A DNA stretch of 64,000 bases, from the NCBI RefSeq assembly GCF_009914755.1, contig NC_060929.1. One strand, written 5' to 3'. Shown one piece after another: positions 17,182 through 31,068 of this stretch (position 1 is its first letter; every line of letters begins with the position of its first letter). The notes beneath the pieces were generated by a model, which saw only the letters and a program-made list of their open reading frames with translations, did not search any database and was not told where the DNA came from. Made by a program: the position numbers and the translations under genes. The stretch comes from the human T2T-CHM13v2.0 reference genome, Homo sapiens.

Positions 17182-17551
<370 letters not shown>

Positions 17552-17699
17552 CTAAATTACTTGTCTTTTTTTAACCCTGTCTACTAATTGTGTTCTGCAT
17601 AACCTCCTAGTTTGGAATTTTCTTAATTTTTTTCTCAAAATATATTTAACAGACTCACTATTCATGTATTTCCTCTTATTTCTTTTAAAACATAATAAG

Positions 17700-18185
17700 G
17701 CATTCAGAATATGTGAAGAATTTGTATAAATCAATTGACAAGACAGACAATGCACATAACACAAATGGCCAAAGAATTTATTAAAATGTGGTCAACTTCG
17801 TCAGTTATCAGATAAATATAAATTAAAATCACAGTTTAACACATTACTACACACACACACACACACACACACACACCAGAATAACTAAAATTCAATAGAC
17901 AAAACACACCAAATATTGGTGAAGATGTGCAGCATTCAGAAATTTCATATGCTTCCAGTAGGAGTGTAAATTGGTATAACAATCTTAGAAAACTATTTAG
18001 CTTACAAAAGGACCTGAATATACCACCATAGAAGTACTGTTTATAACACAGAACACGGGGAAAGCCACTTAAGTGTCTGTCAACATGAAATGGATAGATA
18101 ACTGTCGACATATATACCCAGCGGAGCAACGAGTTATTATACAACATTGGTTATAAATAACAAATATAAACAAACTATGGGGAGA
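17700..18185 (+). mobile_element. Old L1M (L1ME-like) fragment containing (CA)n at 17849-17876
   Basis: 'caaatattggtgaagatgtgcagca...gtaggagtgtaaattggtataacaatcttagaaaac'. Confidence 0.65.
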
Positions 18186-18259
18186 AGAAGTTAGAGTAGG
18201 AATTCCAGAATGGTAAAGTAAGGAAATTGAGGAACACTATTCTAGCAAATCAAAAATTT

Positions 18260-20058
18260 TTTAATTTAACTTTTAAGTCCAGTGATGAATGTTCAGGTTT
18301 GTTGTATAGGTAAACTTATGTCATGGGGGTTTGTTGTACAGATTATTTTGTCACCCAGGTATTAAGCTTAATACCAATTAGTTATTTTTCCTGATCCTCT
18401 TCCTCCTCCCACCCTCCACCCTCCAATAGGCTACAGTGTGTGTTGTTCCCCTCTGTGTGTTCATGTATTCTCATCATTTCGCTCCCACTTATAAGTGAGA
18501 ACATCCAGTATTTGGTTTTCTGTTCCTGAGTTAGTTTGCTAAGGATAATGGCCTCCAGCTCCATCCATGTTCCTGCAAAGAATGTGATCCCATTCCTTTT
18601 AATGTCTGCATATTATTTATTGGTGTATATGTACCATATTTTCTTTATCCAGTCTATCACTGATGGCCACTTAGGTTGATTCCATGTTTTCGCTATCGTG
18701 AATAGTGCTGCAATGAACATATGAGTACCTGTGCCTTTATCACAGAATGATTTATATTCTTTTGGGTATATATTCAGTAGTGGGATTCCTTAGTTAAATG
18801 ATATTTCTGTTTTTAGGCTTTTGAGGAATTTCCACTGTCTTTCACAATCGTAGAACTAATTTATGTTCCTACCAACAGCATATAAGCGTTCATTTTTCTC
18901 CACAACCTCACCAGCATCTGTTATTTTTTGACTGTTTAATAATAGCCATTCTGATTGGTGTGAGATAATATCTCATAGTGGTTTTGATTTGCATTTCCCT
19001 AATAATCAGCAATGTTGAGCTTTTTTCATATGATTATTGGCCACATATTTGTCTTCTTTTGGAAAGTGTCTGTTCATGTCTTTGCCCACTTTCTAATGGG
19101 GTTATTTTTTTTTTTCTTGTAAATTTGTGTAAGTTCCTTCTAGATGCCGGATGTTAGACCATTGTCAGTTGCACAGTTTGCAAAAATTTTCTCCCATTCT
19201 GTAGGTTGTCTGCTCACTCTGTTGATAGTTTCCTTTGTTGTGCAGAAGCTCTTTAGTTTAAGTAGATCCTATTTGTCAATTTTTGCTTTCATTAAAATAG
19301 TTTTTGGTGATTTTGTCATAAAATCTTTGCCCATTCCTGTGTCCAGAATGGTATTGCCTATGTTGTCTTCCAGGTTTTTTATAGTTTTGGGTTTTACATT
19401 TAAATATTTAATCCATATTGAGCTATTTTTTGTATATGGTGTAAGGAAGGGGTCCAATTTCAATTTTCTGAATATGGCTAGCCATTTATCCCAGCACAAT
19501 TTATTGAATAGGGAATCCTTTCCCCATTGCTTGTTTTGGTCAGGTTTGTCAAAGATCACATAGCTGTAGGTGCGCAGCCTTGTTTCTAGGTTCTCTACTC
19601 TGTTCCATTGGTCTATGTGCCTGTTTTCATACCAGTACCATGCTGTTTTGGTTACTATAGCCTGGTAGTATAGTTTGAAGTTGGGGTTAGCATGATGCCT
19701 CTAGCTTTGTTCTTTTTGCTTAGGATTGCCTTATCTATTTGGGCTCTTTTTTCATTCTATAATATATGAATTTTAAAATAGCTTCTTCTTTTTTTTTTAT
19801 TATACTTTAAGTTTTAGGGTACATGTGCACATTGTGCAGGTTAGTTACATATGTATACATGTGCCATGCTGGTGCGCTGCACCCACTAACTCGTCATCTA
19901 GCATTAGGTATATCTCCCAATGCTATCCCTCCCCCCTCCCCCCACCCCACCACAGTCCCCAGAGTGTGATATTCCCCTTCCTGTGTCCATGTGATCTCAT
20001 TGTTCAATTCCCACCTATGAGTGAGAATATGCTTCTTCTAGTTTTGTAAAGAATGTCA
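18260..20058 (-). mobile_element. 5'-truncated L1 (L1PA13-15-like)
   Basis: Antisense 3'UTR and ORF2 C-terminus (ORFs 18382..18564 and 19269..19559); TSD CAAATCAA(A/C)AATTT at 18246-18259 and 20059-20072. Confidence 0.9.
19790..20030 (-). mobile_element. Short L1PA2-like 3' end nested in an older L1
   Basis: Sense reads GCTAGATGACGAGTTAGTGGG...AACTAACCTGCACAATG...CTTAAAG (GAG/A state); TSD GCTTCTTCT at 19781-19789 and 20031-20039. Confidence 0.92.
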
Positions 20059-22399
20059 CAAATCAACAATTTAACAGGTAAAAATTATTTTTAAAAAATC
20101 ATGTAAAGTCTCAAGAAAATATGCTAAGGGCATATAAGGGCAAATGAATGAAAAAAGTCATTCAAGAAAATCTACTAAATCTTAGAACTGTAAGAGTCTA
20201 TGGCATTTGAGCTTTTGGCATTTGGCATTCTTTTTTCCTCTCCCAGCTTGTGTCATGGAGGCTCTACCTCTGGTGCCCTATTCCAGCAAGTGAGGCCAAG
20301 AAAACCTGGGATCATTTTCCTCCTAGCTGCTAGTCTGAGGCTATGGTTTTATCCTGGGAGGGGAAGGAAGACTGCCTGCCTTCCCTGCCCTCACTCAGTT
20401 CTGTGTTGCAGAAGCTTTGTTTCAGGCTGGCATGGCAGAGGTGATCAGGTCTACCTTCCTCCACCCAGTCCTCACTTGTGGACTAGTAGGACAGAAGCTC
20501 TATTCTAGCATAGCAGGCCTCATTACTCATGAGGCCCTGATTGCCTCTGCCCCAACTTGCTAGGGTGGAGGTTCCATGACAGGAGGGACAAGCTGAGAAG
20601 TCCAGGGCCTGTCATTTCCACAGTGTCCACTTCTAGAGCAGGGGGTGTCACTTCAGGAAAGCAAATCTCTGCCTTCAGTTCTGGTGCAGTGGTACAGGAT
20701 TTCTGCCCAGGGGAAAGGTCAAGCCATAAGGAAGAAGAGCAGCTCTACCTGAGGGTAGTGACTTTACTTGGATAGAGTGTTGAGAACTCCATGACCAAAT
20801 GTGTCGCCAAAAACTATGTACTCTTGGTGGAAAATAAAAAGGATGTTGGCGCCACGGTACAAGCAAAACAGCAGAGCACACAGAAGTTTAACATACAGAA
20901 TCAAGGAAAGACAAAACTAAGAGCTCTGCTGGGATGACGTCAACATTAGGAGTCAGGGAGACTGTCTTGGAATGCACTGGGCTACACTCACACAGGAGCA
21001 GTCAGAGTAGGATATGGGCAGAATTGAAAGCATTCCTCAAGCTGCACATAGTTACATCTTAACAGGGTGGAAGCCTCACTGGTCAGCAGAGGCTCAACCC
21101 TCTGACCAAACTGTGACTGAACAACAAGTACTTTGACCCAAGGGGCAACTCTTGGAAAGCCAGGCTTAAAAATAAATTACACGCCTCTGTGGGAGAATGG
21201 AAGACTGTGTTCATGTCCAAGACTGAACCCTCCCAAGAAAGAGCACAGAGATAATCACCAAATCACTATTCCTTTGCTGAACTCTAGACAAAATGCAAAC
21301 CGCACGAACTGTGATAGCAGCTTCCAAGCCACATAGACCTTAAACAGTAAAGAGTAAACATCTAACTTATTTGAACATAAGTGGCTTAAACCAACACTGG
21401 GGCAACCCCTAGGAAACAAGACTAAGAGAAACAGGAAGAAAAAGACTAAGCATGTACACTCTGTGTGTGGGGAGGGCAGTGGGGAGTAGAATTCCCATAA
21501 TTAGTTCAGTCAAATCACTAAACACAGAAGCAAATGACCAAGCAAAGCATAAACTCTGGAGTGGAGAGAGCAGATCAGGCTCCCCAAATTGCTGCAATAT
21601 TATCTACAATGTCTAGTTTTCAAAATATAAAAATGAAGTAGGAAAAATGATGTACCAAAGAAGTAGGAAGGTGTGATCAATGCACAAGAAAAAAGCAGGA
21701 AATAAAAATTGACTGTAGGGATCTAGGTGACACATTTAACAGAAAAAAGATTTCAAAGTAGCTATTATAAATATATTCAAATGATTAAAGGAAACCATCC
21801 TAAAGAATCAAGGAAGCTATAATGACAATTTCTTGTCAATAGAGATTATTAATAAAGATATAAGAATTATAAAAACATAGAAAATCTGGAATTAACAAGT
21901 AAAATAAGTAAAATGAAACATTCATAATTTTCCCAGAAAAAATATTGGGTCTGTGATTCAATTTATTTCATTTATTGATTTATTAAATTCTTTTTTTGAT
22001 TAATTTATTTAACAAAACAGTACTTATTTAACACAAGGAAGAGGTGGCAGATATTATGGGAGTTTATAACAGAAGACCTGCCTTTGTTTGGGAGCTCCAG
22101 GTAAACTTATCTGCAAAAGTGGAATTCGAGATGAAGACCAGGAAATCTTCCAGGTTAAGAGAGGGGGAAAAGCATTCCAAGAAGAAAGAAGAAGTTTCAT
22201 GAGGTCCCTGATGCAGGAAAGAAGTTGGCATCTTATAAAAACAAAAATACAAAGTCACCTAAAGATTGAATGGGAGACTGTTTCAAGATAGAACTAGATA
22301 TATAGTCTCAAAAATGATATCCAGACATTTACAGGGAGTAGTTTTATCAAGAAAGTCTTTAAACAATGATTTCTGGCCCCAATTTTGTTTTATTTCTAG

Positions 22400-22940
22400 A
22401 ATATATTATCCTCACTGTAACCAGAATAATCTTCATAAAACAAAAATCTAATTATACGATGCTTTCACTTACACCTCTTAATAGCTTCCCACTGCTGGCC
22501 CTTGACTACTTCTCCACAATCATTCCTTTTCTCACTTCCTCCCCCACTAGCTGCCCTCCAGAACTATCTGCCATCTTCAAACATACTTGCCCTCCCTCAT
22601 GCCTCTAGGTCTCTGCACATGCTGTTCCCATTGCCCAGAATTCTCCCTACAATGCCCGGAATTCTCCCTACAATGCTGTTTTTCTCTCACATTTCAACCT
22701 AAATGATACCTCTTCTATGCAGGCTTCTTTGAATTTTTGTCTGTGTTAGGCATCCCTCCTCATTGATCCCAAAGCCCTTCATAAGTGATAACACAATTGT
22801 CTTTTATGTGGCTCTTTACCTCAACATTATAAACTCTCTGGGAACAGGTATCTGTCTGTCATATTCATCATAGTGCCTCAGCACTTAGAATGGTGTTTAG
22901 CACATATGAATGCCCAATATGATTTCATTTAATTAATGGA
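22400..22940 (+). mobile_element. L2 fragment
   Basis: 'gcacatgctgttcccattgccc...gcacttagaatggtgtttagcacata' resembles the L2 3' region. Confidence 0.65.
22632..22676. repeat. 21-bp tandem duplication
   Basis: TGCCC(A/G)GAATTCTCCCTACAA twice. Confidence 0.9.
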
Positions 22941-23065
22941 TCACTGTGGCTAAGTAGTATTGATCTTGTCTAGAAGATACTGAAACTGAATGAATCAATT
23001 TTTGACCAGATTTTTCTAAGTAAAAGGAGGATGAAAATAAAACAAGTTGATGTCATGAATATACC

Positions 23066-23512
23066 TATGGTAGGCTGAGTAATGCCTGTCATCCCCCAGA
23101 TGCCCATATCCTAATTCCCAGAACTTATGAATTTGTTACCTTGCATGGCAAAATGGACTTTGCAGATGTGATTAAATTAAGGATCTTCACGTGACGAGAT
23201 TATCCCAGATTAGCTGAGAGAGAACAGCAGGAGTATCAAAGTCAAAGAAGACAGTGTAATGGCAGAAGGAGAGTCAGGCTTTGAAGAGGGAGGATGGGGT
23301 CAGGCACTAAGCCCAACAGGTAGCAGCCTCTAGAAACTGAAATGGGCAAAGCAATGATTCTAACCTACAGCCTCCAGACGTGATGAAGTCCCACTGACAA
23401 CTGATTTTGGAATTCTAACCTCCAGATTTATAAGATCATAAGACATTTTTGTTGTTTTAAACCACCATCATTGTAGGAATTTGTTACAGTAGCAATAGGA
23501 AATGACACAATA
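23066..23512 (+). mobile_element. MaLR solo LTR (MLT1C/D-like)
   Basis: 'tatggtaggctgagtaatg...tgttaccttgcatggcaaaatggactttgcagatgtgattaa...tttgttacagtagcaataggaaa'. Confidence 0.85.
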
Positions 23513-24164
23513 TACTTCAGCCTTTCCTCATACAAAAGGTTTTCAGGAACAGGACAGAGTGGGTGTGAATAAATGTAATTCCTATTTGTGTTCCCATGTC
23601 ATCTATTTAGAACTGACTCACCTGGCTTATTGGAAGATGTATCCTTTAAATAAACAACAAAATTTATTGTATCAGAAAATGTCTTTCTGATATTCTGATA
23701 TTCACATGCAACTGGAATAATTACATGATATTTAATATGCAGATTTTGTGCACTATAATTTTTACTTCTTACACTGTCAGTGTTATGGGTTAAACACTAT
23801 TACCTAATTCATATCTCAAGTGTATCAAAGAGAATAGATAGTAATAATAACATTGGAATTGATGGATATATATTTTTTCACTTTGGATGTAGAAACAGTT
23901 TTGAAAAATAAATTTGAATTGGGTTTATTCTAGAGGATTTGGGAGAAGGATTGAAGCAGATAGTAGCATCATCAGAATTTCTTACAAATTGTACTTGAGG
24001 TCAAAGTAGTTTTGTTGTAAATTAACGAAATAGTTTAATGAGTTCAACTGATACCAGAATTACACCAAATAGAAAATAAGAAATATAAATTAGTCACTGC
24101 CATATGTTTCAAATTTGGTAATATTTTAATTATGTGGTTGGCAGCAACATTTTACCATTTGTAA

Positions 24165-24195
<31 letters not shown>

Positions 24196-25047
24196 GAAAA
24201 AATAAAACCTTGATAATCAATTCTGTTTGCCTTTATTTGTCTAGCAATGCACAGTCCCGGCATCAATATATGGGTTTTTTCTGGCAGACAAACAATTGTC
24301 TCTTTTAGATCCATAAGGCATTTTTAAAGTTAACATGTAGTATGCCTGGTTGTTTTAATAAAGTACATTAGATAACCATCAGAATTTTCTAATAGCTGCC
24401 ACACTTTTCTTGCTATCAATTATTCACCAAATGTGTCACGAAATCGCATGTTACATTTTATTATAAAAAATCCTGATGTGTTTTGTTAAAAACCAAAATG
24501 TGCTATGCTTTACCCAAAAGAAATCTGGTACTGTTTTCCATAATAATTTTATTTGGATTTTTGCTCTCTACCTTTTATATTTCATCATAGGTTTTACTGG
24601 GCTTAATTATAAATCCATATGTATTTGTTCAGAAGTGCTGGTTTGATATTTTTCTAGTGAGTAAAATTTGCAAGAGACTAACCCATTGTATGAGATGATT
24701 AATTTAATTCCAGATTTATGTGCACTTTTGATGAATGATTTCCCATAGTAAAATAACTTGAATAGTGTATTAGGCACCATTATTCATTTTAATACGTTTA
24801 CACAAAGTGAATATCACTATTATTATAGATCAGCTGTGAAGATATGGCTTTCATTCCACGCTCATCAATTTTGTAGTCGGAAAGGCTTTCTTCTATGAAC
24901 TTGGAGAAAGAGAAAATTATTCTGAGACTATTAAACCTCAAGACTGGTTTTACCTACTATCTAGGAGGAAAAAAACAACTGATCCATAATACACACAAAC
25001 CTTTTGCTCTGTCAGTATTAGGTACCTATTTGTTTAGACTACTATTG

Positions 25048-25113
25048 TTGATTGCCATCAAAAGCTGTAGTGAGGTGTCTGTCTCCTTGATTGCCATCAA
25101 AAGCTGTAGTGAG
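25048..25113. repeat. Perfect 27-bp direct repeat with 12-bp spacer
   Basis: TTGATTGCCATCAAAAGCTGTAGTGAG at 25048-25074 and 25087-25113. Confidence 0.95.
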
Positions 25114-25519
25114 AAGTGTCCCTATCCTCTACGTTACACCCCAAATTAGGAATAAAGTGACTTTTTCTATCTTAAAGTCATAAAAGTATCATAGTAGGAT
25201 TGTAATCCATTTGTTGGAACAAATTAGCAGAATAATTCTAAAAGCTTGAATACAATTTTTTTGTAAAATTTCAAATTCAGGACTAGAATGTGTTTCGTAA
25301 AAAAATTAATGAAATGCATGTATCATCTGTTTGGAAAAAATAAATGAGAACAAAAAAAAATGAGTAGACAACCATGAGAGAACATAGAGAAATCCTTCAT
25401 CAGGACGCCAATAGGTCCTGTCTAAAAAAAATTAGTTTACGGCAGGTAACTTTGCATATATTGTTCTTCTGTGAAGGTTGTTCTTGTACTAATTGTATAA
25501 AGTGCAATAAGGTATTTTA

Positions 25520-28500
25520 AACATTAGGTTCTTCTGAGTCCATCCTTGGCTTCCCCTGTGCTGTTAAATCTAACTCAAGCATTCTGGTCCACTTGACAGC
25601 CAGAGAGGTGGGGTTTTGAAAATCATATAACCTACTCTGTCATCTCCCACCCAATTTTTTACCTGAACCTGTTCACAGATTCAGAATTCCTTGAATAGAA
25701 TGTAGGCCGAGTTTCTTTGAGGAAAGACTCAATATCCCAAGTCTTTCACCCACCTTTTCTTAAAGAAACCCAAGACCATTTTCCAAGGGAAAAAGAAACA
25801 TCCCAATATTTGAAGGATCATTAGATATGGACTCTGAGACTATAGTAATCCTGAGAAATTAAAACTCCATTATAATTCCCCAGGAAAAATGTGGATTTTT
25901 TTAAGCTTAGTAATAAAAGGGTTTCTTAAGTCCATCTTACAGAAAACCAATGGATATAAGAACTCATCCAGGGTCATTTCTCAGTTCCTGAATGCATAGT
26001 AGAATCAGACATATGTGAATGTTGGATGAATCCCTACTTTCACTTCCTAACTTATGGGATGAGGGCTACTATGGTAGGAAGGACCAACTGAAGTCATTAG
26101 AACTGCTCCCCCAGTCCTGACCAAAGACATGCACACATATAATCACAATACAGTAAGCCAAAAGCAATACCATATTCCTAGAGAAGTTTTAAAGATTATC
26201 AGTTGTATCAAAGACTGAAATATAGAGTAGTGATGCCTACATCTCATTTAATTTACTTCTATTGCCTATGTTGTAGACAGACTTGTCTTGGGGAATTAGA
26301 CTGGATTCTCAAATATTTAATCACATAGTAACCTCAATTTTAGCTGCTGTTCTAAGCATTGTCTCTTTATTTGAGCAAATCAACATAAATCCTAGCATTC
26401 AACTTGCAGCTATTAATCTGTCAAATTCTTTTCCTTTATACCAATTAGCAAAATCCACCAGACACAATTTTTCTCATCCTTAACAGGGCAAGCAGTTTAC
26501 TTTACTATCTTACCTCAGGTTTACCAACTTTCTTTCAAAATTTGGCATGCAGAAACCTTGAGCACCCTGCCATCTCACATGGCATCCTATTGGTCTACAC
26601 GAGGATGATCAGATCTACTAATCAAGAATGATATGGTGAAATTAATGTGCACCAGAAGGTAGGAGATGAAAATAAGAAAAAAATACAGTACCTGTGACCT
26701 CACTGAGGTTCTTAGGGGTCTACTGGTCTATGACATATCTCTGCAGTTCCTCTACTCTGAAGGACAAGTTGCTGCACCTATTATTTTCTTTAATATGAAA
26801 AAAAACATAATGCTTGTAAGACCTCTTCAGATTCTGAATAACTGGACACCACATGTGAATGTATTTCTTCAGCCCATTTCTGAAATGATCTGTAAAGTTG
26901 ACTCTTTTGAGTGAAATCCAGAGCAAGAAAAAATGTCTGTAATTGTTCCAGGCTGGATTTTAAGGTGTTCTATTTGGGCCTGTGACCAGACTTACATTAC
27001 TCATGGGTCTATTACTTAACAGAGTGCTGTATGGAACTTCTGATAAATTCTGATAGGAGATCTCCAAAGGTTGGGGGGAAACCTCACGAAACTATTCTAT
27101 TGAGAAATAGCTTCTGTTGGCACTGGTAGAAACTATATGCTTGATTGTGGGACAATATTTGTAACTGACCCTGGAACCTGAGCTTCCAATCATTAACTGG
27201 GTGTTCACTGGTCATAAATTGGAGCATGGAGAGAAGTCCTCTATTTTTAATTTAAAATGGTAAGTATGAGGATAGGCTCAAGTATGTTCTTATGGTGCAA
27301 GTAAGTTAGATGAATATTGACTCTGACATGCATGACACTTGTGACTAATGCATTGCACTTCTCCATCAACCCACACCCGTGGCCTAATAGAGATTTTTCG
27401 TATGACCAGATTACTGAAGGAGAAAAAAAATTGGAGCCTCATTACTGAGTATATTATGTGATATGCTGGCACCGGCTAGAAACAGATGGCTGTAACATTA
27501 AAACCTCACTCAGGGTGGCCTTAAAAAACAGTTTGGAAAGGAAACATTCCCAGGGAGCAGAATGTGGAGCAGTGATCCTGTTGGCCATTTTTTCTGGAAA
27601 GAAAGATGATCAGAAATATAGTCTAAAATGACACATGGCCAGTGAACAACAGTTTGATAATATGGCAGACACTTGGGAGTAACAAAAATGGAGACGTTTT
27701 TGTGGATAGACCTCTTAGAAATGGGCACGGACTGTGAGAATATTTGCATCTCATGTGCTCCAAGACCATCTCCTTTATAGAAGAATCTCAAAAATCAAAT
27801 GCGCAAGATAACCCACTCTATGCATGTCATACACACCTTTTTCCCAAATGCCTAGTGTTTGATAAAAGGGTTTTTATAATAAGGTGTTTAGGACTTTTGT
27901 TACAGAGATATTGGCTAGGCATTCCCTCATGAAGCCTGATCTGGCTACCACTAGTACTGAGGGTCTGACTTGCTGATGACAGAGACCAATACCGGCAAAT
28001 CATTTCTCTAGCATCAGGTTGCTCCTCTAAGCCCCCTTTCATCATAATTTATTTTAACTGAAATAAACATGTAGGACATGAATTTTTCCCAATACCACCA
28101 TCTATGGATTTATTAATGCTTTATGCACCATCCTGATCTCATACACTTCATTGCCCTGACACAGGAACTCATTTTAGAAGTCAGGTAATGAGCTTTCTCT
28201 TTTGCTATTTACTTCTCTATGTTCCCCATCATCCAGAAGCAACAGACTGAAGAAAATGTGGAAAAGCTACTAAAGATCCAGTTTTAGTGCCAGCTGGGTG
28301 ACAACACTTAGGATTTTTGGAAAGCTAACCCTATAAATTGTGGCATATGCTTTGAACCAGTGACCAATGTCTGGTGTATTTTCTCCTATAACTATGGGTG
28401 AAAGAAAGAGTAACTGTTTTCACTATTCCATCTAATGGTAGATTCACACAACTTTTGCGTCTTTTTCTTGCATGTTTCTACACCTTTGGGCTCTGTGAGG

Positions 28501-28900
28501 TCTTGATTCTCAAGGCAAACAAACAAACAAACAAACAAAATCTATTTCCACAAGGGAATACAGAATGGATACAGAAGTTGAGAATATCACCTGGTCATTT
28601 TGGGTTCCCTATGCCACTAAATCAATAGGAAAAGAAGAGGATGCAATGAAAAATCCCAACTAAGAAGGGAAAACAGATTGTTTCAACCTAAGGGGTAAGT
28701 CTGGATATGTTTGGAACCAAAAGGATTATCAAGGTCTACTTTCATGTACAGAGGTAAATGTTAAGAGAAGATCACTGCAACCCACCAGAGAAGTGACTTC
28801 TAAGGAGTGAGACTCGAGGAATGAAAATTTGGGTCATCCTTTATAAAAACAATCATTATCATCTGAGGTGTTGTCTCTGAGCCAAGATAACATAAAATGG
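25520..28900 (+). mobile_element. Decayed class III ERV (ERVL) internal region: pro, RT, RNaseH, IN and dUTPase remnants
   Basis: Protease-like GSLDMDSE near 25816. ORF 26283..26483 (IVTSILAAVLSIVSLFEQIN...AAINLSNSF) matches ERVL RT VVTPIAAAVPDVVSLLEQIN...AAIDLANAF. RNaseH-like YAGT near 27460. ORF 28398..28628 (KLRISPGHFG) matches ERVL dUTPase KLRLPPGHFG. Many stops and frameshifts. Confidence 0.85.
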
Positions 28901-31068
28901 GAATTAAGAAAACTAAGGTATCATTGATAGTCATTTCTGTTTTCTTGATTGTTCTCTTATTGTTAAAATGATCCCTTTTGCTTTTCTTTTTGACCTCAAA
29001 TTTCATAACATAGGGTACTTCCAGACATGTTCGAACGTGAAATAGTGCCATATATACTTGTTTTTGAGTTCTTCACCAGCTAAGCATGTGAACTGTGTGA
29101 AATGAGAACAACAGTAGTACTACAAGGTATCTATGAACTCTGATCCTGTTTTCCTACTTGTAAAATGAGACTTTTAGATTATGTTGAATTTCTTTTCCAG
29201 CTGTAAGTTTCCATAATATTTGGAGTATAGAAGGGGAATATCCGGTATAGAAAAGATCAGTATAGAAAAGCATTCACTTTCACTTTTCATTAAATCCCTT
29301 TGATTTGATTTTTTCCTTAGTTCTTGGGTGAACTTTTGGCTTCCTACTAAGTTAGAATTTTCACAGAGCTAGGATGCCAGCCAACTTGCTTAAATTCTTA
29401 CTGGGATAAAACTGTATGGTTGACCCGTGGGGCTGACATAAAGTGAATGAAATTCAACACCTGTGTTCTAATCCAACAATGTTCCTGACAAAGAAAGGTA
29501 AAGATTAAAACCAAGTAAATGAAGTTAAAGCAACTGTCTTTCATTTTTGCAACTCTATTAGCAACCAATGTTGTAGGTTTCATGGCTTGGAACTTTTAAA
29601 ATGGATTTTATTAACTGTAGGTGAGCATTTGAGTGTGAATAGAATTAGGCAGAATTGCATGAAGCAAAAGTAAAAATTGAATACTTTTACTTAAACCAGA
29701 GCCTGGAGCTCCATAAATACTTGTTAATTACTTTGTTCCTTGACATGAGATTTGGTATGTGAAATCATGATGTGAAAGGAGGTTATGAGCTTTGGACAGA
29801 AGCGTATTTGAAACGGGTATTTCTGTTTTTCTTTAACTGTATTACTGTGAAACTGTTACAGCTCCCTAATACCCAGTTTTTCTATCTTTAAATGATTTCT
29901 ACTCTGGAGTCCGAAGGTTAGAGGAGATATGGCCTATAAGTGATTACCATAGTGCCTGCCATAAGTCCATTTTTTTTTTAAATCTACCCTACAGGGATTT
30001 CAAAGTGGGTACAGAGATAGAGGAATTAAAGTTGATTTGAGTTAGGAGAGAGTTAGACCTGAATCTAAAGTTGTAAACGTTTTGTTACCACAAACCAAGA
30101 GGGTGGAAGTGCAAAATTAGGCTAATGATAAGGCAAGCGTCACCCCTCATGGAAAAAAAGCCAGATTTTATAGCACCCAGAATCTCAAGTAGACCTCAAT
30201 TACCAAGAAATTGTATGATCATCTGTAAGTCATCATAGAAAACAGAGGACATTTTGGTTGTAATTTCAGGTTTTGTTCAGATGTTTGTCATCATGTACTA
30301 ATCAAACACACTATAACCCTACTGAGAAATGAATATGTTCCTGGCTAGAGCAATAATCAGTAAAGAAATTAAGTCAGGCTTTCTCCTTTTTTTCCTCTCT
30401 TGATCACAAGGCAAGGCCTGGAGATCTAAAGTCCTGCCAGTTAATTGGGTGTCAGCTAAGCACTGAGTTTGGAAATAACATTATTTTACAAATATTTATA
30501 GAATTATTTTTATTCTCTGATGTCCTAGGGATTTTCTCAGGAATTAGCTGAGCTCAGCCAATTACCTTCACCTCGTTTTATGTCTCCAAGATTCGATGGA
30601 GGCGGCAGGACTTGATGTTCAACTACTGACTTCATTCTCAATAAGATGTAATTATTATGGTTACACTCTTAACTTAGAGCTTCTGATTATTCATATCAGT
30701 TGAAGTTTCCTTTTGCTCCCATGTTGTATAAAGCAGTTTCTAAGTAGCTTAATAGCCCGAATAAAAAGGAGGAGTATAATCTAATTTAAATTTATCTTTG
30801 GCATCTTTGACCACTTAGTATCATCATTTACACTTCAACAATATAAATTATCAATTCCAGACTATTCTCTTCTCTCCTTTTTCTATATTCATTTTAATTT
30901 AATTATATGTTGTTTTCCAGATTGACTTTCTCCATTTGTCTCAAATTTGTTAAATCTGGAACTTAAAAAAGAAAGCTGCAGATCTTACCAAGGTTATAAA
31001 TGTTATAAATAGAATTACTCTATTACGTGTTAGTTATACATATCTTATACTTCATGAGAGATATACAC

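Larger units (their letters stand above)
18195..21930 (+). mobile_element. Ancient L1M 5'UTR and ORF1 start, interrupted at 18260-20058
   Basis: Sequence continues across the TSD. The GC-richer 5'UTR-like block 20150-21600 is followed by ORF1-like 'gatttcaaagtagctattataaatatattcaaatgattaaagg'. Confidence 0.6.

Noticed and set aside
20150-21600. GC-richer block as a gene
   Set aside because: It is best explained as an ancient L1M 5'UTR leading into ORF1 remnants.
24126-24314. ORF MDLKETIVCL... as a coding exon
   Set aside because: In-frame stop just upstream, only a weak donor (GTTTTA), and no recognisable homology.
25048-25113. Repeat-spacer-repeat as a mini-CRISPR
   Set aside because: Only two repeats, a 12-bp spacer and a human context.
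26283-28628. A domesticated retroviral gene
   Set aside because: Only short broken frames remain and the catalytic motifs are degenerate.
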